From: Octopus bimaculoides
Taxonomy: Eukaryota
Direction of reading: 5' to 3'
Assembly: GCF_001194135.2 (NCBI RefSeq)
Contig: NC_068991.1
Span: forward strand, 27,775,940-27,810,227
DNA: 34,288 nucleotides
Part shown: in pieces, positions 21,490 to 33,958 of the stretch
Layout: each line of letters begins with the position of its first letter
Position numbering within the stretch: position 1 is the stretch's first letter
Translations under genes and position numbers: made by a program
The notes under the pieces: model-generated
Databases searched by the model: none
Seen by the model: only the letters and a program-made list of their open reading frames with translations
Told to the model about the DNA's origin: nothing

Positions 21490-21917
21490 TTAAGTTCTAA
21501 AAACCAGTCTAATAATGACAAAATTATTTTACTGAATTCATCATTTTCAAAATCGAAATAATGACAGTGTAGTTTCACAGAAATATCATAACAAAAGGGT
21601 TAAGGATTTAACCCCCTATTATTCTGTTGGTAGACTGTCTTTTTAACATTTGCTTTTTCACTTGTTTTACACCCATTTTATCATGCTAGCATGGGTCAGG
21701 TGAATACTTGCTAACTAAGGCATTATTTTACTATTCAGATACATTTCTTGTCATTAACTTTAACTTGTTTTACAATTTAGGGATTTTTATATTGTCTTCA
21801 AAAGCAAAGAGCTACAGAATGATTTGTTAACAGAAAGTCAATACATCATCTCTTCTTTTCTCAATCAGTTTCATACAAAGATACTGAATGTAAACAAACC
21901 CACAAAATGCATGCGTG

Positions 21918-21952
<35 letters not shown>

Positions 21953-21959
21953 ACACACG

Positions 21960-22100
21960 CACGCACACACAAAGCAGGCCTCCTTACAATTTCCAACTAC
22001 AGATCCCACTTACAAGGCTTCAGTTGACTGAAGATACTTGCCCAAGGTGCCATGCCATAAGATAGAACACAATGGTTACAGAGTGAACTGCATTTCTACA
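21960..22100 (-). mobile_element. Family A SINE head fragment, antisense
   Basis: GAAGATACTTGCCCAAGGTGCCATGC is the reverse complement of the family A GGCACCTTGGGCAAGT segment. Confidence 0.6.
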
Positions 22101-22485
22101 CCACTTTAATATATTTTCTTACGTAGAATTATTATTTCCTTGTATGGTAAATTTGATTAAATGTTTATCTTCTCAAAGAAATGGGAAAATATTTGCAAGG
22201 TGCTGAGTTGATTGTCTTGTATTTTTGATTCCTACATTTGTTGATCAACATTTTAAATAAGTCTTTATCAGTTATATTTTAAGAATTATTTTTTAATGAG
22301 AAATACTTGGCTCTTCATTCAGAATTCATCATCCAATAATTATTATTATTATTGTTGTTGAAATTGTTAAGAACAAAGAATTTCATATGAAGCTTTCTTT
22401 CTATTCTGCTTTTAAAAATATGAATTTTATTAAAAAGAGATCTTTTTTTGTTAACATCTAGCTAATACAATTCCTTGCTTTTCAG

Positions 22486-22597
22486 TTTACAAAGAGCTCA
22501 TGGCTACAGGCCATTTTGAGCAAATGTCAAGAGAGACTGATGAACAAGAACATAGTATAGAAATGCATTTACCATATATAGCTAAAGTAATGGAGAG
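22486..22597 (+). CDS. MEMO1: MEMO1 coding exon 5 (112 nt; [38 protein letters not shown])
   Basis: TTTCAG acceptor and GTAAGT donor; [10 protein letters not shown] family motif. Confidence 0.98.
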
Positions 22598-22620
22598 GTA
22601 AGTTAGCCAAAAATCAAAGT

Positions 22621-23729
22621 TTATAGCTAAATCACTACCAGAACTAGAGAAAAAATTTCAGGTGTGGAAGCAAGGTCTAGAATCAAAAGGCCTTAGAGTT
22701 ACCCTAGCAAAAACCAAAGTCTTAGTAAGTGTGAAAGAAGACAAGTCATAAATCCCTTCAGGTAGACAGATGGTCCTGTTTGATATGTGGAAAAGGCATT
22801 GGTAGAAACTCCATAAGATGTACAGGTTATGGACACACAAGAGGTGCAGCAATATCAGAGGAAGGTTAACAGAAAATAGTCTTTGTGTGTGGCAGGTGCA
22901 CAGGTACAATAAATACTAGAAATGTACAGAAAATTGACTGCATCAAATGCCAGGGGGAAATACCTAAGAAGTAGTTGTTAGCTTCCATTATCTAGGTGAC
23001 CAAGTCAGCAGTGGAGGTGGATGCTCCGAGAGTTTAGCTAGTAGAATAAGAATAGGCTGGGTAAAGTTCAGAGAACTCCTACCTCTGTTGGTAACTAAGG
23101 GCCTCTCTATCGGAGTGAAAGGCAGATAGCATAATGCCTGTGTACAAACAGCCATGCTGCTCAGCAGTGAAACATGGGCTATGATTGCTGAGGGCATGCA
23201 TAGGCTTGAAAGAAATGAAGCTAGTATGCTTCGCTGGATGTGCAATGTCAGTATGCATGTACGACAGAATGTAAGTGTCTTGAGAAAAAAGTTGGGCATA
23301 AGAGGCATTGGATGTGGTGTGCAAGAGAGATGACTGTGCTAGTATGGCCATGTGTTGCATTTGGACGAGGGCAGCTGTGCAAAGAAGTGCCCATTTCTAA
23401 CTGTGGAGGGAACATGTGGAAGAGGTAGACCTAGGAAGATATGGGATGAAGTGGTAAAGTATGATCCTCAAATGTTAGGCCTCACGGAAGTGATGGTAAG
23501 TGACCGAGACCTTTTGGCAATATGCTGTACTTGAGAAAACTCATCAAGCCAAGTGAACTCATAGTTGTGGCCAATGCTGGTGGCACACAAAAGCACCTGT
23601 GCCAGTGGCATATAGTAAACACCCATTACACATCCAGCTGCAGCAACCATACCAAATCAGACTGGAACCAGTTCCAGTCAAACCGTCTAATCCATGCCAG
23701 CATGGAAAGCAGACAATAAATGATGATGA
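22621..23729 (+). mobile_element. 5'-truncated RTE-clade LINE (end of RT, thumb, C-terminus and 3' UTR), with frameshifts and stops
   Basis: Frames read IAKSLPELEKKFQVWKQGLESKGLRVTLAKTKVL, SFHYLGDQVSSGGGCSESLASRIRIGWVKFRELLPLL, SETW, RNEASMLRWMC, YGHV and GRGRPRKIWDEVVK; 3' tail CATGCCAGCATGGAAAG...TAAATGATGATGA. Confidence 0.92.
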
Positions 23730-23787
23730 GAAAGATAGATATATATATGGCTAAAGTAATAGATATGTTACTATTTAACATATATAG

Positions 23788-24000
23788 TAAGCTGGCAGAA
23801 ACGTTAGCACGCTGGGCGAAATGCTTAACAGTATTTCCTCTGTCTTTACATTCTGAGTTCAAATTCCGTTGAGGTTGACTTTGCTTTTCATCCTTTCAGG
23901 GTCGATAAATTAAATACCAGTTGTGTACTGGGGTCAATCTGATCAACTGCCCCACTCCCCAAAAATTTCGAGCCTTGTGCCTAGAATAGAAAAGAATATA
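23788..24000 (+). mobile_element. SINE family B, sense copy with low divergence
   Basis: AAGCTGGCAGAAACGTTAGCACGCTGGGCGAAATGC...GAGTTCAAATTCC...AGAAAAGAATA; closely similar to 7472-7680. Confidence 0.9.
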
Positions 24001-24479
24001 TAGCATATATTAGAACAAGTAGTAAGATAAATTTTATTCAATGCATAGATACTGAACAATAGCGATATAAAGGATAAAATCCTTTTCTCTTTTTAAAAGC
24101 AGAAAAATTAGTCGGCAAAGCAGAGTAAGACTTGCCACAAACTCGATGATTTGGGGTTAACAAAGAACGAGTATACTTAGATAAATTTTTCTATTGCACA
24201 TCTTAAACTTTTATTGGTACACATATAGCGTTTTAATGATATATGGGCCAAAGGGTATACAGCAGTTGACCTTTATTAAACAGTGATAGAAATATAAGCA
24301 GAAATGGTTGAGATTGAGTTCACATGTCTATGAAATTTATTTCTTCTTGAAAGTCTTGTTTTTTTTTTGTGTGTGTGTTCGTAAGAATTTATAAACTTTT
24401 GAAAGAATGTGGAGTAATTCGTTTTTGGAATTGATCTTGTAGTACCTATGATGCTATAAATAATCCTTTCTACTAAAGA

Positions 24480-24856
24480 TACAAGGCCTGAAATTTTAGC
24501 TGAGGGGATTAGTTGGTTACATAGACTCCAGTGCTCAGTACTTATTTCATTGACCCTGAAAGAATAGCAAACAAAGTCAACCTTGGCAGAATTTGAACTC
24601 AAGAGTGTAAAGACATACTATATTAACAAGTTTACCTTATAAATAATAGCTTGTAAAAATATTGATCTCACATTTTGGTACTAAGCCAACAACTTTAGGA
24701 AATGGAGTAAGTTGATTATATCAACCCCAGCATTTAACTGGTACTTGTTTTATCAACCCCAGAAGTATGAAAGGCAAAGTCGACCTTGGCAGAATTTAAA
24801 CTCAGATCGTAAAGACGGATGAAATGCTAATGATTCTGCCAGTTTGCCACCTTAAT
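24480..24856 (-). mobile_element. Two antisense SINE family B copies (about 24480-24612 and 24664-24856)
   Basis: CAAAGTC.ACCTTGGCAGAATTT.AACTC motif present twice. Confidence 0.82.
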
Positions 24857-25115
24857 AGCATGTAAATATTGGGTTGGTAAAAACCCCTTTTGAATAGGGA
24901 AAGTCAAAGGCTGCTCATGAGACTTGAACCCACATCTGTAAACATAGCAAATGTTCTACTATTGGACCAAAGCAATCCTTTGAATTTTTCTATCCATTTT
25001 AGAAACTATTCTCACCAGCAAGAATCGTGTGCTTTTGATGTTATAAGCCTTTACAAACTTTCAAAGAGAATGAGGAGTAATTCTTTCTTGGAATTCATTC
25101 TCAAAGATTGTATTG

Positions 25116-25612
25116 GTGCAGGCGTGGCTGTGTGGTAAAAAGCTTGTCTTCTACTAAAGCCTTGGGATGACCAAAGCCTTTTGAGTGGATTTGGTAGACA
25201 GAAACTGAAAGAAGTTTGTTGTTGTGTGTGTATATGTACGTATGTATATAAACGCAGGCATTACTGTGTGGTAAGAAGTTTGCTTCCCAACTACATGGTC
25301 CCAGGTTCAGTCTCATTGCATGACACCTTGGGCAAGGGTCTTCTATAGCCTTGGGGCCAACCAAAGCTTTGTGAGTGGATTTGGTAAGCAAACTGAAAGA
25401 AGACCGTCATGTATGTGCGTATATATCTATATGTGTGTGTATGTATATATTTGTGTGTTTATGTCTCCATAATGTAGTGGTATGGTAAAAAGAGACTGAT
25501 AGAATAAGTACTAGGCTTACAAATAATAAGTCCTGGGGTCAATTTCTTTGATTAAAACCCTTTAAGGTGGTGCTCCAGCATAGCTGCAGTTAAGTGGCTG
25601 AAACAAAAAAAT
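25116..25612 (+). mobile_element. Tandem family A SINEs (truncated head 25116-25230 plus near-full copy 25254-25612)
   Basis: Two consecutive GCAGGC.TGGCTGTGTGG-type heads and one family A tail. Confidence 0.85.
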
Positions 25613-26439
25613 AAAGCTTCAAAGAATGTTTCCATATTCTCTCAAAAGTTTATAATTCTTATGATATCACCCAGGATAATTGAATAATTTAATGCCAGAA
25701 AAATCAAAGTAGAATAGTTTTCATCATTATCCTGTTTTTATTTTATCTTCATCCTTTTTTCCAAGCAAATAAATTTATATTTAGAATAGATTATCATTTC
25801 CAATGCCCTTTGTTTACTTCTTAGGATGGATATGTTTATAGCACAGTGTCTCATGCAGCTCTGTCCCAGTTATAGGCTGTGCTTATTAGTTTTTGTATAT
25901 TTTTACTGTAGTTTTGTTGTAGGTGTTACCTAAGAAAGACTCCAGCCATTACCCACATACAAATGCGGCTTGGTATTATGTATCATGTTGTTGCTAATTG
26001 TTGTAGGTGCCTGTGTAGTTGCTGGCAGACAGAAGCGCATTCAGAATGTGACAACTAGAGGGAGAAAGAGCTATACCAGCACTTGGCTGGTGCTCATTTT
26101 CAGTGGGGTAAACTGGAGCAAATTAGAATGAAGTACTTTGCTCAAGGATAAAACATGCTGCTCAGTTGACAAATTGAATCCAACACATGATCAGCTGCCA
26201 AACACCCTTACTGGACCACACTGCCAATAGTTGTGAACATCAGACATCCAAGTTCTCATCCCCTTACTTAATTCCTAAGCCCCATAATATAAAATGTTTT
26301 TCAAAAATGTTGCAATCTTCCCTTCCTCATTACTATAAATGTCACTGACTTAGCCACACTTCACATATTCTCAGTTCTTGTAATGAATAACCAAGGCCTT
26401 AACTAATATACACGTTTACATGTCTTTTTGTCTTTTCAG

Positions 26440-26582
26440 TAAAAAAGGACAGTTTACTATAGTTCCAGTTCTTGTAGGTTCATTACAAGGAGATAAAGAA
26501 AAAATTTATGGGAAATTATTGGGGGAACATCTATCGAACCCAGAAAATTTGTTTGTGGTATCTTCTGATTTTTGTCACTGGG
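26440..26582 (+). CDS. MEMO1: MEMO1 coding exon 6 (143 nt; KKGQFTIVPVLVG...NLFVVSSDFCHW+G)
   Basis: TTTCAG acceptor and GTAAGT donor; SSDFCHWG motif with D186/H189 (human D189/H192). Confidence 0.98.
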
Positions 26583-27159
26583 GTAAGTTTATTTTGATCA
26601 CATTGTGAATGCTGTCTCATCTGTTACTGTTGGTTCTCTCTGCTAAACTTAATTTTTTATTTTGTACACAACCCATGCTAGCATGGAAAGCGGACGTTAA
26701 ACGATGATGATGATATGACATCAGTGAGGGTGGGTGGATGTAGTTGAGTGGGATGCTTTATGGGTATTATTGGTATTTTATCAGCTCCAGGAATCAAAGA
26801 TTTCACCCCAATTTAAGCTATCTGTCTCACTACAAACTAATTTTCTTTCATCAATAAACAGCCAATGTTTGTAGAGATGGAAGATACATGATTGAATCAT
26901 TCATGATTTTGTTTAACATCTATTTTTCTGTGCTAGCATGGGTTAGATGAGAAGTTATTTGAAGTGGGATTTTAAAACCAGATGCTCTTCCTGTCACCAA
27001 CACTTACCTATTTTTCTAGCAAGAAATTTTTTTATTCTAAAATTTTTTAGTCAAAAGGCTAAAACAGAATGTCAACATCATTTTGCTCAAGTATCCAATA
27101 TTTACATTTGTATGCACACACACACACACACACACACACATGCACACATACTTTATGTA

Positions 27160-27548
27160 TGGATGTGTGTAGGCACAGTGGTTTTCCTAGCCACATGATT
27201 TTAGGTTCAGACCCACTACGTCATACACTGGATAAGTATTTTGCTATAGTCCCAAGCCATTCAAATCCTTGCAAGTAAATTTGGTAGAGGGAAGCTGAAA
27301 GAAGCTTGCTGTATATATATGTTTGTACTTTTGTCTTGATGTAGCATGATAGTTGTAAACAAGTGTCACTGTCATACAAGCTGTGTTCATTTCCAATCTT
27401 CCATAAAAGCATATCAGGCCATGGGTAATAGTATCTTGTTTGGAAATAGGTAAGGGTTGGTAAAAGGAAGGCCTTCTAGTGACTGAAAATCTGTTTTGAT
27501 GAATTCCATTTGATTTATGCAAGCATAGAAAAATAAACATTGAAATAA
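27160..27548 (+). mobile_element. Diverged family A SINE with an RTE-type tail
   Basis: GGTTCAGACCCACTACG head, AACTGAAAGAAGC-like middle, TTATGCAAGCATAGAAAA tail. Confidence 0.65.
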
Positions 27549-27911
27549 CAGTGTGTGTGTGTGTGCGCACGCATGTCCAATTTAAAACTCAACAATATCT
27601 GACATTTAGAATATTTAAGGATTGCAACCCATGACAACTTGAGCCTCTACATTGTAACTCCTATCTTAAAATAAGGACTTGTTATGTAATGTAATTCAAG
27701 ATATGCTTTCTAATGAAACAAGATGATTGTCATATTTGGAATGTCTTTTGATGATCGGTCTGCTTAATCATAGCTTACCACCAGTATCAATAATTAAGCA
27801 AAATAGTGACATGGGTTTTGAAATATGAGTTAAATCCCACAATCCCACACAACAATGTGCTGACAAGGGAAAATATCTTGGTTTATGGTGTCTTTTTTGT
27901 TCTTTTTCCAG

Positions 27912-27988
27912 GTCGTCGTTTTAATTTTATTTATAATGATGAGGCAGCTGGTGAAATATGGCAGTCTATTGAATCTCTGGATAGAATG
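27912..27988 (+). CDS. MEMO1: MEMO1 coding exon 7 (77 nt; GRRFNFIYNDEAAGEIWQSIESLDRM)
   Basis: TTCCAG acceptor and GTATGG donor; matches human [26 protein letters not shown] as recalled. Confidence 0.96.
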
Positions 27989-28026
27989 GTATGGATTTTA
28001 TTCTTGTTCTTCCTTATTTACTGCAA

Positions 28027-28029
<3 letters not shown>

Positions 28030-28073
<44 letters not shown>
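28030..28073. repeat. Poly-T run (44 nt) 41 nt downstream of the exon 7 donor
   Basis: Direct inspection. Confidence 0.95.
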
Positions 28074-28074
<1 letters not shown>

Positions 28075-28199
28075 TCATGGATTACACACACTTACATACA
28101 AGCATGCATGCCTATTTATATTTGCCAAAATGATAAAAAACCATATTGATAAGCGCTGCAGAATCACTCGGAACAAAATATACTCTGACACAATGGTAA

Positions 28200-29000
28200 T
28201 GTTTAGAGGCTGAAATATTTTGTACCTTGCCAAGCCTACACTTGCTACTCACTCACTTTGCATCTCTAACTCCACTTTTCATTTGCCTATTGTTCATTCC
28301 TATCCTTTCTTCCAACCCTTTGTCACTCATAGCCCTCCAACTCTCATCTCCTTACTCTAGCTTTGCCCTGCTGTACTGCCGGCCATCATTCTCTCTCCTC
28401 TCTGGACCACCTCTATTGCCTCCTACCACCTCTTCTTATCTCATCACTCACCCTTGTCTTTGTCCACTTGTGCTGCTGCCAAATCACTCTCCTCTTGATA
28501 CCACTCCCAAATATCCCTGCCATTTTTTCCATCATACTCTTGTTCCTTCCACTTTCTCTCCATTCTGGTTCCCTGATGTCCTCGCTCTCTCTCCTATTCC
28601 CCTTGCATCTCAACAAATGTACACTCTTACCCAGCTCTCAACCAACCATTTTCTAGCCTTTCTTTTGTCATTATTCCCTCTTATTCCCCCCCCCTCATCA
28701 TTCCCCATGCCTTACATAACTGAATACTCTCTACATTTACTGTAAAGTTCCTTCCATCTGTTCTTTTGCCACAATGGTACCTTCATCCCCTCTTGCACTC
28801 CCTCTACAGATGATTAGTGAGTGAGATAAGCTCTCTAGCCCTGATGCCATGACAAATACATCCATCACACACCATAAAAGGTTGGCTAAATGCATAGAGA
28901 AAGTGAAAGGTTTAGATCTCTTTCATCCTGTGTTGCTAAGGACTATTAACCTCTTTAGTGTTGGTGCCACTTAAAATGCAACCATAGAAACCAAGCTAAA
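28200..29000 (-). mobile_element. Probable decayed LINE-derived segment (pyrimidine-rich on +)
   Basis: Strong strand asymmetry and W/R/K/E-rich broken frames on -, adjacent to the RTE fragments. No diagnostic motif. Confidence 0.3.
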
Positions 29001-29599
29001 TGACACATACAAGCACCGATCAGAGGAAGCAATATTTTTCAATTAGAAATTATTTGGATTGTGACAACCTGTCCAACCTATGCCTACATGAAAAGTGAAT
29101 GTATAATGATGATGAAGATAATGCTGTTGATGTCCATTTAATGTGCTAGCATGGGTTTGATGAATATAGCACTGGGACATTTTACAACTGGTTGATCTTT
29201 CTGTTGCTAATACATGCATGTGTAATTTGTTTTGTTTCACATGAAGCTTGTGTGTAACAATATTAATGGTAAATATCTGCAACCTAGGTTCAATTCTCTA
29301 TTCTAGATGTTTCACTCCTCCAATGTTTTTATGCAATACATGGATGCCACAACTTCTAGTTTGTCTTTCATTTGAAGTCAACAAAGCTAATTACCCTTTG
29401 AAACATGCCTTTGATCATGAAAGTTCAAACAAATGACTTTTTATTGCACAAGTGTAAAAGGATATATAAAAATGGATCCTTTATTTTCTCCACATTGTCA
29501 TCTGTTTTTGTCATTTTTTTTTCCATTTGTCATTCAAGACAACATCAACATCATCAAATGTTTTATAATTACTGGCACACTTTAGACATGTCTACAATA

Positions 29600-30720
29600 C
29601 AGTGTGCCCGTCTTTCTCTCAATCCTGTATCTCATAATTGAGGTTAGCTTGTAGGTCACTTAATCTAACTTATAGCTTTCTTTAATCTGCTACTCCACAA
29701 CCATCATGCATTTACTATATCCCTTCTCATATTCTGTCCAACATATTCAAATCTCCTATATGAATTAGCTAATATCACTGTTGCTCTATCATCCTTTTAT
29801 GTCTATTTTTCTGTGTGTTTGCTTATTCTAGACAGATCTTTTGCAGCAGAGCATCTGTCCACATATTGAGGTCCCTTGTTATCTCTTTCATGAGCCTCAA
29901 AATTCTGAGATAAATCTTCATTCTTCTTGTTTCCTTAGTCTTCGTCTACCGGTTCCTCCCACTTTTTCACTTAACTGTTGTTTTCCATATACCTCACATG
30001 TCCATACCAGTAGAGCCTTCTCTCTTGCACTCTACATCCAATTACTCTTATAGTTTTTCTTTCAGCTCATTTGTACTTCATTATTCATGCCCACTACTAT
30101 TACACATCCAGTGGCACATGCTCATTCCATATCTTTACAATCTTCATATATCCTCTGCATTTAGTGACTATGTTTGGCTACCATGCAATATTGCACTTCA
30201 TATTCATACATCTTGCAAATAGAAACCTTTTATTGACTGTGGAGATAACAATTCCATGAACTTCTTTCATTCTGTTCTGATTGTAGCAACTGCTGATTTA
30301 GTCACATAGGTAATAGAAGCTGTCAACAATATCTAGGAACCCTCTGAGCATTTTTAAAAATTGCTAACTTTTGTGCATTTGATGCCATGTACAATTCCCT
30401 TCTCTTCTGTTTGTTATCCATTGCTTCATTTGTGAACCAACATATAATTCCTACCTACATCTTTTCTACATATCAAACAAGACCACTTCTCAAAAGGTAG
30501 AATTCTGTATCCTCTTTTGCTAAAACTCTTTCCCTTTTCTCAGTCTACTTTTAAACTTCTTCAGTTTAATTTTTTCCATGTTTGGAATGTTTCCTCTGAT
30601 TTTGTATTTATTCATTGTCCTACTGTAGTTCCTATAAACAAACATTCTGTAACTCCATTGTTATGACCTGGAAAACTGTCATAAATAGGAGGGGGCTGAA
30701 AACCAAGTCTTGAAGGACAT
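29600..30720 (-). mobile_element. Older antisense RTE LINE fragment (RT to C-terminus)
   Basis: The - strand gives degenerate QD.VFSPLLF, WSCLICRKDVGRN (30447-30485), IVDSFYYL and WYGHV-like segments. Confidence 0.75.
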
Positions 30721-30779
30721 GTACATTACCATCATCATTATTACATTTTACCATGCTAGCATTAGAGGGGGCTAATCTT

Positions 30780-31925
30780 TTTGCATGAGATTCAGACTCT
30801 TGAGATCAGCTTCCATGCCTCCCTCTTCTATAGGTACCTTTCACTTGGATCATTTTCTACTTCTTTACTCAACTATTATACTTTATGTACACTTCACACC
30901 AGTACCAGTGCTGTATTCTTTCTTATGCAGCACATCTGATTCTTCTTATAGCAGTTTTTCTTTCGGCTTGTTTGTGTTCCAATATGGCATGATGAAGAGT
31001 AGGAGGTCAGAAGTTTGACAAACTGGAATTTTCTATTAATTTCTGTAATGCAAATTACATGTGTTTTAGAATATATGATATAAAATCACAAAAATAGCAA
31101 AAAGAAAACAAAATTCCATCTTTTGAAATTTTGCTATTTTTATACCCAGCCTTTTCTCAGCTTGATTGGGCTCCATCATGCATTATACATCTAACAGAGA
31201 ATACTCACCTCGTTTCTTTTTAGTGTTTGCACACCTTCCACATTTAACACTCATATTTCACAGCCATGTAACATCATACTTCATACAAAACCATCCATCA
31301 TACAGTCAGCCCTATACTCAGAGAAAGGATCCCTTTGTTTCCATCAGAAACAGTAGCTGTAAACTTTCTCTACTCTATTCATATTCTAGCTACTATATTC
31401 TCAGAATACCCTATTCCACTGCTAATTAGGTCATTACAATGGCAGAAGCTTTCAACTAAAGCTAGAGGTCCTCCCAAGACATGAAAGAATTTTTTTCTTA
31501 GGTTCCCTTCTGTCCTGCTTACTAAAACTTTTGTCTTAGCTCAGTTTTACTTTGTGGTAACTCACTTCTAAGCTCTGCTCCCACATTTGCCATGAGAGAG
31601 TCATCAATAAGAGCTAGGTCAATCAGGGTTTCACATAAACAACTTGTCTTAAACTCCTATGTTTATAACTTGGAGAACTATAACAAACTCAAGTTGCAGG
31701 TGAAAACCAAGCTCTGATGGCCGTCTCCCTTCACACTCAATAATTGCTAACTCACATTGCTGTACATGGCTTGTATGGTTCTCATTCACATGGTGTCTTG
31801 TCAAAAGCCTTCTCCAGATTAAGGGGATTGCTATTAGCTTTGAACTATTTGTTATACTAAAGAAAAAAAAAGTACCAATGATTGTTTTCTGTAACCTTTC
31901 TTTATCGGACACAATGACCAAGTAG
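30780..31925 (-). mobile_element. Further antisense RTE LINE fragment(s)
   Basis: The - strand gives LEKAFDK, IQAMYSN, HQS.VF, FVIVLQVI and SENIVARI/MLHGCE-like RT and thumb motifs with many stops. Confidence 0.7.
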
Positions 31926-32024
31926 ACACATTAGCTTCAACTGTTATGCCTATGCATTAGATATTAAGGTCTATTTGAGTTTTTATGTTTATTATTATTA
32001 TTATTATTGTTTTTTTTATTTCAG

Positions 32025-32129
32025 GGAATGTCTATTATTGAAAGGATGGATGCTAAAGCATTTTCAGAATACCTGCAACAATATCAGAACACTATATGTG
32101 GTCGGCATCCAATCATGGTTCTGCTTCAT
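32025..32129 (+). CDS. MEMO1: MEMO1 coding exon 8 (105 nt; [35 protein letters not shown])
   Basis: TTTCAG acceptor and GTGAGT donor; NTICGRHPI motif with C241 (human C244). Confidence 0.98.
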
Positions 32130-32439
32130 GTGAGTATACAGAAAGTCTTGAAAACAAAATATCAGTACCCTTTGTTAAATGTCAGTTTGCTTCAAACAGC
32201 TTTATCACAACCAAGAAGTTAGTGCCTCATCTGTGGGATGTTACTCAAAGAAAAAGCTTCTCAAACCTCACATTTATAGCACCAACAGCTAGTATTCTCG
32301 TATCTGTTTGACTGTGCCATTTGGGAAAATGTCTTTTACTATAGTCTTTGGCTGACAATATTATGTGAAGGAAACTGGTTGTGTGTGTGTATGGTGTATG
32401 TATGTATGTATTTGTATGTGTGTATATAAATATGTATAT

Positions 32440-33040
32440 AATCACTATTTATCATCTGTATTTGTACTGGCATGGCTTGACAGGATCTGATTGGTCAGAG
32501 GACTGTGTTGAGTTCTAATGTCTGTTTTGGTATAGTTTCTAAGGTTGGATGCCCTTCCTAATATCAACCTTTTCACATAGTGAGCTGGGTGCTTTTTCAT
32601 GTCACTGGTATTAGCCAGGTTGCCAAGTAGCTTGCAAGATAAGACCCCCTTGGTTGACAGTGAGTGTAGTATTGAGGGATGTGGCTCATGCCAGTTGTTC
32701 TGAGGAGTAGGAACAGGTGTCTTACTATAGAGGAGATGCATGATTACCCATGCTGGAAAACAAGAGATGGTGGTGACGAGTTGTACTTCAAAGTACAAGA
32801 TTGTGAATGTGAGAGGGATGGAGACAGAAAGAGATTATAGGGAATAAGGACAGGGGAACAGGTAAGTTCACAATCTAGGACACTCAGTAAAGTGGTTGGC
32901 ACTGGAAGGGCATCTGGCTGTGGAAACCATATCAAAGCAGACACTGGAGCTCAGTGCGGTCCTCTGACTTGTCAAATCCCATCGAGTCATCCAACCTATA
33001 TCGGTATGGAAGGCAAGTGTTAAATGATGATGATAATGAT
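32440..33040. mobile_element. Two RTE-tail elements in opposite orientation (about 32440-32760 on -, 32865-33040 on +) in the last intron
   Basis: GGTTGGATGCCCTTCCTAA on + is the reverse complement of the ..GGAAGGGCATC motif; the + copy ends GTTAAATGATGATGAT. Confidence 0.7.
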
Positions 33041-33958
33041 GACATATATCATGTGTGTATGTGAATGTTTATATTCCTTGTCTTTGTAGCAGGAAGGGCA
33101 TTTGACTAAATCACTGCCTGAGCAAGTCTTTGTCTAGCACATGCTAGCATGAAAAACAAATATCACAGGAAACAAAATGAACCCAGTTAGGTAGCCATTA
33201 ATGATCTGTTGCAGTTGTATGTCTTAAATGGTGGTTTTTGTTTTAATTGGTTAAATTTTACTTTTCAATATCAGAAAATCTCAGCTCTATGAACTAATTT
33301 AAAATTATGTTCCATCAACCCTAACTAGAATGTTGCCATCTCTATATTGTCTCTAATCTAATATTGCCATCTCTCTATATTCTGCTATATTATATCTGAT
33401 CTATTGTTATCATATCTCTCTCACCATACTTTATCTAATTTGATGCTACCAACTCTCTCTCTTACAATACTATATCTGATCTAATGGTGAACTTGGTATT
33501 GGACTACTTGTGAAAGCAGTTTCTTGAGCAGTGTTGTCACTGTAGACAAGCTGTTCTACTTGATATATATATAAATATTTATATTTGAAAACATTTCATT
33601 CACACTCTGGCCTGGATGAGGTAAAAGCTGAATACATAGGTGTAAAATTGAGCAAGTAATGTCCTGTATTAGCACATAGCTTAGTGTTGGCACTTGGCTG
33701 TGGTGGCACATAGTTGTATGTTAGCTGTAAGGTTTTAACCTTGTAGATTTAGTAATGTTTATGATTGTCTCATGAAGAGACAATCACAAAGTAATATATT
33801 TTCAAATGAGAATTACAAAAACATGAATTTAGCTCTTCTGTTAGTTGGTCTGTTGGTATTTATATGTCTTCTTAATATCACATTTACTAGTTCATCTACA
33901 CAACAATTAATAGATAATATATATTTTCTAATTATTTAATATACTTTTTCCATTGCAG

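Larger units (their letters stand above)
21005..21599. mobile_element. Older TTAA MITE hosting the two elements above
   Basis: Ends ..AACAAAAGGG|TTAA at 21599. After removing the inserts it matches the copies at 5236-5420 and 17340-17559. The left end is degenerate. Confidence 0.65.

Noticed and set aside
28227-28745. 172-aa Leu/Pro/Ser-rich + strand ORF
   Set aside because: Low-complexity product of a CT-rich strand, probably antisense to decayed LINE sequence.
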